Assembly (NCBI GenBank): GCA_965112735.1
Contig: OZ218952.1
Span: 5,270,001-5,334,000 of the forward strand
Reading direction: 5' to 3'
Length of the DNA stretch: 64,000 bases
Source: Phaeosaccion multiseriatum
Taxonomy: Eukaryota; Protista; Ochrophyta, other classes
Within the stretch, counting starts at the first letter, position 1; each line of letters starts with the position of its first letter. The notes under the pieces are model-generated. The model saw nothing but the letters and a program-made list of their open reading frames with translations. It ran no database searches and had not been told where the DNA came from. This document shows, piece by piece, positions 38,814 through 49,190 of the stretch. The translations under genes were made by a program, and so were the position numbers.

Positions 38814-40232
38814 ATGTCCATGTCTTCTCCAAGCCAGGGTGGTACGGTGCTCACTGCGAAGGCTGGCCCTGATGCGTATCCACCATCTACCGCAGTGGTC
38901 GAAGCAGGACCAGGGGCGGCAGAAGTAGCAGCATCGGAAGCAGCAGCATCAGCTCCTTTGCCTCCCCTAGAGTATGCACCCACATCAGGTTCTCGGGGCC
39001 AACAGTTCTCCAACTCGTGTAGGAAACCTCTTGCGTGCTGCTCTCTGCTTCGATGGGAGGTCCTACAGGAGGGCGAGGAGTTCCTGGTCATCGATAAGCC
39101 CCCGGATGTACGTATGGACGGCATTCCGCCCCCTGCTGTCTCTGTGGAGAACTTGGTGCGGCATTCCAGGCGGGAACTCGCGGAAAGTCCTCTGTTCTTC
39201 GTGCACCGCCTCGATTATGGTACGTGTCTCGCATGGAGGGGAGGCGTGCGCACGTAAGCAAAGGATGGGTTTTCTGCCTTTGGACCCTCTCGCTCTCTCC
39301 CCCTTCCGTCTCGCGTCTTTGTCCATTCGTGCTAAAAATACAACACCAGCCACATCAGGGGCACCCTCACCCTCTCGCTCTCCCCCCCTCCGTCTCGCGC
39401 CTTTGTCCATTCGTGCCATCACCAACACGACCAGCCACATCAGGGGCATTGTGCATCGGGTTGTCGAGTGAGTTCGCGAACAGAGCGAGTAACTCGTGGC
39501 GCAGGGCGGGTAGGGAGAAGTCGTACATCGCTGTCGTGCGCGGTCACGTGGACCTTAGCGCCCTGCCCTTCCGTGCGCATCTCCCGTCGGTGGATGCCCC
39601 GAACAAGCCGGTGTATAAGCCAGTATGGAGCTTCCTGAAAGCGCACCAGTTGCAGCTCAAGAGAAGGAGGGAACGTAGGGCGCTCGGGCGAGGCGGAGGC
39701 GCAGAAGTACATCCTGGGGCAGCAGTGGCAGCAGCAGTTGGTGATACAGCAGAGGGTGGAGGAACGGCCTCCGAGGAAACAGCGGACTTGACAGAAGAAG
39801 AGGTGCGCATCTGTCCACACCTATCCTCGCATCCTCCCTCGCCCCATGTTGACCTCGTTCGATCAATCGTGTGCGCCTCTTGTCCCACTCACCCTCCTTG
39901 GCCCCATCTCTCCCTCTCATCCGATCATTCCTGTGCGCCGTACCGTGACCGTGTGCCCATGCTTCGAACTGCTTTCCAACGCAAACCCCGTTTGTCTCGT
40001 GTGCGGTTTTCCCCTCCTCCCCCATGTCCTTCGACCTCCTCGACAAGTGCAGGAGAAGGTGCTGAGTCTGTCCTGCTTGAGGGAGCTCAAGGAAGACCCC
40101 TCCTTGGCCCATGTGCTGCGCGGCTACCAGGAGCTCTCTGACGCGGACAAGGCGCAGAAGATGCGAGACAGGAACGAGGAATGCTTCCGAGGCGCACACG
40201 GGCACGCGGACCGCGGAGTGTTCCGGTTACGT

Positions 40233-40268
<36 letters not shown>

Positions 40269-41548
40269 GAGGAGGAGGAACAGGGGAAGGGGGCGGACGG
40301 AGAAGGAGAGACAGCGGGGCAGAGTCTGAATGGAGGAGATGAATACGAGGATAGGGCGGGCGGCAGCGGAGGCAGCGGAAGGGCGTACGTGTTCGCCTCC
40401 CTTGTGGACGACCCCAAGGCCTTTCTCGTGCGCTTTGGGACGGCCGAAGAGGTCAGACAACCCCCCCCTCTGGGTGGATGGTTGTGGATGCTTGTGGATG
40501 CTTGTGGATGGTTGGTGGCACTGTCATGCCGGTGCTCGCTCTCACCCTGCCGCTATCAAGGGTCTCAGGCAATACTCCTCTTCTTACACGTGTGTGTAGC
40601 TCATGGACCTTTCTTTCCCCTTTCTTCAAAATCGTGTTTGGCCTCTTCTCTGCTCCCCTCCCCTCCCCTCCCGTCCCCTCCCGTCTGGCAGCCGGGCAAG
40701 CCTTGCTTGACAGAGATTCAAGTGCTGGAAAGGGGCTACTACAATGGCGAGGAGTGCACCAAGGTCAAGCTCCTGTTGCACACCGGCAAGAGACACCAGC
40801 TGAGGCTGCACACCCTGAAAATAGGTGAATGCATTGCGAGTTCATTATCACAGGCACCCTCAAGTGCCATCTGCTGCCATCTGCTGCTGCTAAGATGTCG
40901 AACCTGCCGATGCTCTGACGAACGTTGCTCGTTTTCGATGGATTTACGCAGGCTTTTCTTCCTTCCAGAAACAACAAAACACGACAACGGCGTTGACCAC
41001 ACCACCCTCGCTTCCTATACTTCACTCACTCCCGTCTGTCCTCTGCTCCCGTCTGTCCTCTGCTCCCGTCTGTCCTCTGTTCCCATCTGGCATCTGCTCC
41101 TGTCTCCTGTGCTCCTCTCCTGTCTTCTCTTGTGCACACAGGGCACCCCATCGTCGGAGATGCCTCTTACAACAATCACGCTGGTGCCACGGGGGGTGCG
41201 CTCGCTCCACGCATGTGCCTCCACGCACACAAGCTTCACATCCCTCTCGTCTCAGCCAGTCAGGCCCACGGCCAAGGGGATGGCAGCCGAGGGAAGAAGC
41301 AGAAGCAGAAGCAGAACAAGAAGAAGAAGGGGCAGGGGCAGCAGAGCCCTTCGCCCAACTTGACCGAAGCAGGCGCCGCTCAGCACCGCTCCGAAGCCGA
41401 GGAGGAGGAAGCCATCGTCATCCATGCCGAGGCGCCGGACCCTTTCCCCTTTGTTGACGGCCATTTGAAGCTGGCGGGTGGCAACAGCAGTGGCAGCGAA
41501 CAACCCTCGACCGAGGAAAAAAACCCGTGCTCTTCGACCCCGGCGTGA
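38814..41548 (+). CDS. RluA-family RNA pseudouridine synthase
   Basis: Exons ~38814-39219, 39435-39802, 40053-40451, 40692-40824, 41142-41548. Motifs VIDKP, VHRLDYATSG, KSYIAVVRG, LHTGKRHQLRLH..GHPIVGDASY, RMCLHA. Confidence 0.9.
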
Positions 41549-42074
41549 TGCAACTCAGCCCCCCTCCCTCTCCTTCCGCGGTTCTACGAGTCTGCGAGCC
41601 CCGCACCAGGGTCCCCGTTGTTGGCGGTGTTGTAGCCATGCCTTGCAGCCCTTGGAGGAGAAGGACAGCACTGAGTCCATGATGCAACGGTGCATGCGTT
41701 GCAGTGGGGGACAGACAGACGGATATACGACGAAGAGAGGGGTCTCTTCCTCACCCTCTGTGACCTGCCTGGTGCAGCTGTATCGCCAACTGCTGTGGGT
41801 GCGCCCCCCTCCCCCCTTCAGCCAGGCCCTCCCCGTCAGTGAAGCGAGAGGCACTGAGGAAGGAAGGCTCCCTCCCGAGCTTCCTTCTCCCATCCAAGAC
41901 GACCGAAAGCACTTCGCACCTCGCCAGAGCGGCCCGGCAGGCAGGCAGGGGGGGAGCTGCCATGCAGGCCTCAAGGGCGTGTATGGGCCTGCTCTGCTCG
42001 CGCTCTACTCTGCTCTGGTAGCCGGTCCATCTCGGTCCGCCCGAACTTATGTCGAGCCTCATGTGGAGCTCAAG

Positions 42075-43967
42075 TTAGTCGGAAATCCGGACCGTCAGTG
42101 GCTCTCCGTATTTGGCGCCGTCAACGAGCGGCAGCCGCTTGTCAAAGATGTCTTTGATGCTGAGGCGAGCGCCTTCCAACTCGCCGCTCTTCTCCATCTC
42201 TCGGGCTCGGTCTTGGTCGAGAAGCTTGAGCTTGACCAGACAGATTCCCACGAAGTTCGCCTGGAGGGAGGGAGAGGGGCAAGGGATGGAGGGAGGGAGG
42301 GAGGGAGGGAGGGAGGAAGGGAGGAAGGAAGGAAGAACGATGAGGCACGCGGCGGACAAGCAGGAGGAGGGAGGTGGTAGGGAGTGCGTCCAGCACACGG
42401 CACACAGGTCGCTTGCAGCAGGGGGGATAGTAGACCCCTCTCTCGCTGTCTCGGGAAGCAGCCACCCCGGCGTGGCCTTCCCTATTTTGGAAGTATACAT
42501 AAACTCGAGAAGTAGCAAAAGCAAGCTGTCAGTAACTTTAATCACGAGTACGCTGCCTCGTCACTTGCTCCCTCCCTACCTCCTCCTCACCCACCCAAGC
42601 GAACATGCTGTCTCGTCGCTTTCTCCCTGTTCCCTCCCTCCCTCTCCCCCTCACCCAAGCGAGCAATCTGTTTCGTCGCTTCCTCCTCCCTCCCTCCTCC
42701 TCACCTTGGGCGAGAATGTGAACTCGGGCATGAAGTCCTCCGAGGGGGTGTCCGTGGCCTGACAGTACAGGGCCTTGATTAGGCTCGCAGCCTCGAGTTC
42801 GATCCCCCCCGCGGCCCACTTGCTCAGGGCGCTGGAGCGGTACTTCTCCACCGACATCTTGGCGTATCTGAGCAAGCAGCAGAGCAGTTGGTGACACAGC
42901 AGAGCGATAAGGCACGGTCGTCAGTCGTCGGATGAGGTCAGGGCTGGGCTGCTTCACGTGCGCTTGGCTTCTCTGCGCAGATGGATTATTCGGTCTATGC
43001 TGTCGTGAGTGCACTAGATCGTTCTACGATACACCTCTCTCCCTCTCTCTCTCTCTGTGGCCGCTTCTCTTGCTTTGCTTCTTCTCTTACGAACAAGTAC
43101 CTCTCTAGAGTGAGCCGTTGATCGTTGGACGGCTTGTGCTCGACGGGGATGACGGTGATCTCTTTGCTCTTGGACCAGCAGATGCGCTCGTCGTAGCGAC
43201 GGAACTTGGGCCCAGCAAGAGTTTGTTCCGCCACCCTGCACACGCGAGGGACAAGCCCGGGGAGGAGGGGTTTGTGGGAGTCAGAGGGAGGGTCCGTCCA
43301 AGGCCTCCAGCCTCCTCTCTTGGGGAACTGGGGTGGAGAGAGGGGGGAGGGAAGGGGTGCAGGGACAGGGATAGCAGCCTCACCATGGCACTCCGAATCT
43401 GTCCGACACGATGATTCCCACTCCGTCGTAGCGGCATTTGTGCACTTTCTTGGAGATCACACTCAGTAGAGCTGCTCCAGGCTGTGCGTAGATGGGAGAG
43501 GAGGGATGAGAATGGGCGTAAACGAGCAAGTGGCGTGTGAGCGTAGGGGAAGACACGAAAGAGAAAAGAGAGCTGGGGAGAAAAGGGAATATGTACGCTA
43601 CTGAGCGGGGAAGAGGGCAGATCTCTGACCTGCATGGCCTTCCAGTCTCTGCTGAACAAGATGATGTCGCCTGTCTTCAGTCTGTCTGAGAGCAGATCGT
43701 CCATGGTGCCAACGGGGAAGGACGTCTCCACCGGGGGCTCCGTCCTCGCCTACTCGTGTTCATTTCGCAAAGAAGGGGGTGCAGCGTAAGAGGGCAGCAG
43801 ATAAAGACGGGGCAAGCTCCTCAGCGAGGGGATGAGGTACGGGACAGAGCGTCTTGGGGCGAAATCACCTTCTTCGCAGTCACATTCCAATACGTGAGTC
43901 CAGCGATTGGAGTTGCTATGACCGCAGACGCCTTAGCAACGCCTGTCCACAGCTGTCTTCTCGCCAT
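42075..43967 (-). CDS. Permuted papain-like (NlpC/P60, YiiX-type) fold protein, probably catalytically inactive
   Basis: Exons ~43967-43869, 43749-43630, 43481-43384, 43235-43101, 42867-42705, 42260-42075. Motif LKTGDIILFS...YDGVGIIV..VPWVAE resembles the family's GD...H-VG motif. N-terminus is basic with a hydrophobic stretch. Confidence 0.55.
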
Positions 43968-44404
43968 CTTCCTTAATCTTTAATCTTTGCCCTTTTGTTG
44001 GCGATGTGGATGGGGACCGACTCAGAGGGCAGTGTCCGGTTTGCAGTCGATGGCTACGCCTTGGCTTCTCTTTCAACTTCAGGTGGCCCCCCTTATCTAA
44101 GCAAACCCCCCTGTGCTGCTATCTCTTCCGGGTTGAGAGAGAGAGATAGAGAGAGGAGGAAGAGGAAGAGGAGGAGGAGGAGGAGGAGGAGAGGAGGGGT
44201 GGGAGGGGAAACGACGAGGAGACAAACTTGGTGCCTTCTTCTCTCCTTTCCCCGCTCCTCTCCTCCCTCTTCCTCCTCAAGTGCTTGGCATCTTCCTCCT
44301 GGATATCCCTTCGCAGGCAGCCGTAGGCGTGGCGGAGAGAGGTACAGCTTCGAAAGAGGTGTGGGGCGATACAGGACGTCTCACCGAGGGGCGGGGCACA
44401 GATA

Positions 44405-45779
44405 ATGATTCCGCAGGGGGCTCAGGCGGCTTTTCGGCGGCCGAGGGCTGTTGCGGCTGTCACTGCGCAGAGAGGCGCGGCGCTGAGCAGTAGAGCAGCA
44501 GTGACAAAGGAAACACGTTGCCTACATACGTGTGTACGGCTGATCCCGCCTCAGGCAGCAGGGGGTGAGGCGCAAGGCGTGCAGAAGAGGAGGGGCTACG
44601 ATCATCATGGAGGCATCCTCCGTTCGTCTCGGCGCAGCTTTGCCTCAGTGAGGGTCTCGCCTCTGGCTAGAAAGGCGTCGGTGGACGATGCCGCCGCTCC
44701 CTTTCGAAGGCAGCCATCGTCCACCCCTCTATTTGCGTCGCTTGTTCTTGCGGGGGCAGCAGCAGCGGCGGTGGCAATACGCTGGCTGGACGACGAGAGA
44801 ATAGCGTTAGCGGAGGGGGCTGCAGAGAGGCCTCACAGCAGCACCTCAGGAAGAAGAGGAGCAGGGGAGGACGATGCCGTGGACTCCTCCGACTCTGCAT
44901 TGGGGCTGGCGGGGGTGAAGCGAGCCGCGCGTCTGGCCAGGAAGAGCAACAGCACCAGGCGCAAGAAGGTGCACTACCCGTACGTCATCTTGGGCGCAGG
45001 CACCACCGCACACGCCGCGGTCGAGGCCATTTTGCAGGAGCAGCCCGACGCCAAGATCCTCATGCTGACGGACGAGGCTTCCTTGCCCCTCACCATGATT
45101 GATGTGTACAACCGCAAGCCCCTCTCCAAGGACCTGCTCTCGAGCTACTCGGAGTGGCGCCGGTGCGTGTGTGTGTGATTGTGTTTGTGCGTGTGTGTGT
45201 ATGTGTCTGTGTGTCTGTGTGTGCATGTGTATGTGATTGTGTATGTGTGTGTGCGTGTGTGTGATTGTGCATGTGTTTGTGTGCGTCTATTCTTTGTCTT
45301 TCTCCCTCTCCCTCCGCCTTCTCCCACGCGAAGCACACCCATCCCCTCCTTCCCTCCCTCCCTCCCCTTTGTCCCTTCCCGCACCATGGCACACAGACAC
45401 GTGACGTCCCGGCTCGAGAGCGAGCCTCACTCTTTTAACAAGCACCTCATCACGCTCATGCTTGGCCGCAAGCAAATCAAACTCGACGCAAGCAAAAAGG
45501 TTCTCGTGCTGGACGACGGGGCCGAGGTGAGCAGCAGGGATGGGAAGGGGAGGGGAAGGGGGAGGGGAAGGAGCCAGGGGAAGGAGTCAGGCTCATCCTC
45601 TGGAGTCAGGAGTCAGACTCATGCTTAGGCTCAGACCGAAAGGCCCCATGTCCCATCCATATAATCCTCCGCCCCGCAAACGCTCCATAAGATGGGCGAG
45701 TTGGCCCACCTCCCACACACCCACACACCCCCACCAACACGCCTCACCTCCCCCTCCACCTCCACCCGCTTGTGCACGG

Positions 45780-45823
<44 letters not shown>

Positions 45824-46330
45824 TCTCTCCTCTCACTTCCCAAGATCCTGTTCGACCGCTGCCTCATCGCCACGGCGGGCAAGCCCCGACAGTTCTATGT
45901 GCTGGACTGGGAGAAGTCCGCCTACGTGCTCAGGGACCGCATCAACGCGCTGTCCTCACTCGCGGACTTCGAGGCCCTCAACGCTCTGCAGGTGGGGTGG
46001 GTATAGTATGTCATTGGGTGGGTATAGTATGTCAATGGGTGGGTGAGGAGGGTGTGGTTGTGTGTGGGTGAGTGTGTGTGTCGGTGTGTGTGTGTGTGTG
46101 TGTGGGTGGGTGAGTGGGTGTGTCGGTGTGTGTGTGTGTGTGTGTGGGTGAGTGGGTGTGTCGGTGTGTGTGTGTGTGTGTGTGTGTGGGTGGAGCTCGA
46201 GAGCTTGAGCCGGAGGGAGAGAAAGAGCCGAAGGGATGTGCGGGAGCGTGCAGGGCCCATTTCTATGGGATATGGTAGGGTGCAACGTCCCCCCCTGCCC
46301 TCACACCACCCCTCCTCCACTCTCTCTTTG

Positions 46331-46398
<68 letters not shown>

Positions 46399-48623
46399 GT
46401 CCTTCCTGGGCCTGGACTTTGACTTGACTGGACAGGAGTCCGACTCTCTGCCGTGCAAGGATGTTTGTGTGATTGGAGGCGGCTTCCTTGGCACGGAGGT
46501 GGCCTTGTCACTCACCAACAAGGGTCTGAAGGTTAGTCACGTCAGTCCATCAGTCCGTCAGCCCGTCAAGCCGTCAGTCTGTGAATCTGTTCAAATCCTC
46601 AGTCCGTCAGTCCTGCCCTATACCACTGTGAATGACGTGGTTGTGTGAGTGTGGCGTGTACTTACTTCCCTCTCTCCTTTCCCCTCCTCCCCCTCCCCCC
46701 CCCCCACACACCTCTTCTTCTCAGGTGCGGCAAATTTACGCCGAGAGCGCTCCTCTGAGCAGGCACCTCCCGCTGTATCTCGCAAACTTTGTCAAGAAGA
46801 GCCTGGCAGAGGTGAGCGCCCTCCCCTCCCGTCCCGTCCCCCTCCCCCTCCGCCCCTCCCCTCCCCCTCCTCCTCCCGCCCCCCCCACCATGACACCGTT
46901 GCCCGCCCCTCTCTGCGCTGGAAGCAAGTCATGCCACATGCACTGCCTCCCTTGTCCACCTCGCCCCCATTGACGTGGCGGGCGGGGAGGAGCGCCCCTT
47001 ACTTGTCTCTCTCTCATCTCCCCCCCTCTCACCCTCCCTTCCCCCACCCCCCTCCCCCTCCTCTCTCTCTTGCACCTACCCACAAACCATACGAACCGTT
47101 CTCCTCCCCAGGTGGGCGTGGAGCCTGTATACGAGCGCTTAGTGACATCTGTGAACTCCGGAGATGACGTCGGGCACGACCTGGAGAAGCTCTACGTGTC
47201 AATCATGGGGTGGGAAAAGAGCGTCATCGACACCGATTACGTGGTGTTGGCTTCCACACACATCGACCCGGTGACCTCTGTAGCCTCGGAGAGCAGTGGT
47301 ATCGAGTTGGACGCAAGCAACGGGGGCATTGTGGTGAATGGGCAGATGGAGGCGGTGGATGGGATCTACGCTGCGGGCGCGTGCGCGAGCTACTATGACA
47401 CGGCCTTGGGGAGGCGGAGAGTGGACATGTTTGATCATGCCGTGCACAGTGGTTTCTTGGCGGGGCATAATATGGCAACGAAGAAGAGATGCTACCACCC
47501 GGGCCTGGCCGGGACGGAGGACGATGAGGAGGAAGGGGAGGAAGAGAGACGGGAAGTCGACGAGGGGCTGCAGGCGGGGAGGAAGGTGGGAGGGAGGGCG
47601 GGAGGAGGAGGAGAAGGGGAAGGAGGAGAAGAAGAAGAAGAAGAAGAAGAAGGAGAAGGAGAAGGAGGAGGAGGAGGAGGAGGAGGAGGAGGAGGAGGAA
47701 GGGGAGAAGGAGGAGGAGGGGGGGGAGGGAGGGTGGGAGAAGGTGGAAAAGAAGGAAGTGGGGGAGGAGCAGGAGCAGGAGGCGGGGTGGAGGGGTGGAA
47801 ACAATTAGGAGCAGCAGGCGGGGGGGAAGTCGATGCTCGGGAGAAGCAGTTCCAGCAGCAGATGCAGCGCCAACGCCAGGCACACGAAGAGAAGCTGGAC
47901 AAGCTCCAGCAGCAGCAGCGGCAGAAGTTCGCAGAGGGGTTGGTTGGTAGCGATGGCAGTCTGCAGGAGAAGGTGGAGCACCAGGCCTCAACGGAGAGGG
48001 GTGAGGATGGGGCGGCGGGAGGAGCGGGTGGGGGCAGGGGCTTAGGGTGGGCGTGGATGGTGGGGGCAGAGGACGAGCTTGACTCAAAGGCCCTTCCTCC
48101 CTGTCCTCAGCTCTATCAGCATCAGCCCATGTTTACGAGTCGCCTGGCGGGTTTGGGTATCCTCATGCAAGGCTTGGGTGAGTTGGATTCCAACGTGCGG
48201 ACGGTGGGGGTGTGGTTGGATGGGAACCGATCGGAGGATGGGCGGGGAATAGGAGGAGGAGGAGGAGGGGGAGGAGGGGGGGGGGGCTGGTTTGGAGGAG
48301 ACGGAGAAGGGAGCATGACAGCGGCGAGGAGGGAGGAGCTGACCTCTACCTCTCTGTCGGTCGGGGGCACGCACTTCCAAGCAGGGGAAGAGCATTTCGA
48401 GAGGGGCATCGTGTATTATCTGTCGGGGAGTAAGATCACGGGCATTCTGCTGTGGAATGCCGATGATCTTCGCGACGAGGTGCGAGCGGTGCTGACTCGG
48501 CAGCCGCACGTTACGAGTATTGACATGTTAAAGGGGCTTGTAGCGTTGGCCCCCGACGATTGGCTCAAGGTGGTGGAGACCAATGCGGTTGCTTTGGTGC
48601 CGGAGGATGGGGAGGATGACTGA
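44405..48623 (+). CDS. AIFM1: Apoptosis-inducing factor (mitochondrial FAD/NADH oxidoreductase)
   Basis: Exons ~44405-45162, 45397-45526, 45845-45991, 46436-46531, 46725-46811, 47112-48623. Presequence + TM; motifs YVILGAGT, PLSKDL, VIGGGFLGTE, GGIVVN..IYAAG..YYDTALGRRRVDMFDHAVHSGFLAGHNM, YQHQPMF, GIVYYL..ITGILLWN. Confidence 0.9.
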
Positions 48624-48624
48624 A

Positions 48625-48903
48625 TCGGCCCTGGAAGAGGTTATCAGATTACTGATTACGGCCGGCGCAGCCGGCCTGATTACTGATTACTGCCGGCGCC
48701 AGCCGGCCTGATTATGGCGCCAGCCGGGCCTGATTACTGATTATGGCCGGCGCCAGCCGGGTCTGATTATGATTATGACCGGCGCCAGCCGGCCTGATTA
48801 CTGATTATGATGGGCGCTAGCCGGCCTGATTACTGATTATTGGCGCCAGCCGGCCTGATTACTGATTATGGTCGGCGAATACTGTAACCTCTTCCAGGGC
48901 CGA
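48625..48903. mobile_element. 279-bp MITE with perfect 19-bp TIRs, 7-bp TSD and internal minisatellite
   Basis: TIRs TCGGCCCTGGAAGAGGTTA (48625-48643) and TAACCTCTTCCAGGGCCGA (48885-48903); TSD GACTGAA at 48618-48624 and 48904-48910; interior of ~7 units of CTGATTA(CTGATTA)TGGCCGGCGCCAGCCGGC. Confidence 0.9.
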
Positions 48904-49190
48904 GACTGAACAGAGAGGATCTGAGAAGTAGTGATGGACCTGTGAGAGTTAAGTGGGTTAGGGGGCCTGCGTGCCCGGGAGGACGGGGAAGCAAGCAGCC
49001 CATCCATTCCACCAGCTACATATGCATATATATAGAGAGAGAGAGAGATTTTAATTCAAATGAAGAAGGAAGGGCCTTTCTAGGTCGACGTGGTTTGTCG
49101 ACGTCGACATCAAAGTAACGGATTTATTTTTTTTCGATGAAGCGTGCCGCCCCCTGCCTTTTGTGTTGTGAATTGTGAGCTGGCTGAGCC

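Noticed and set aside
48645-48880. CRISPR-like look of palindromic tandem repeats
   Set aside because: No unique spacers and no cas genes; eukaryotic context; bounded by TIRs and a TSD.
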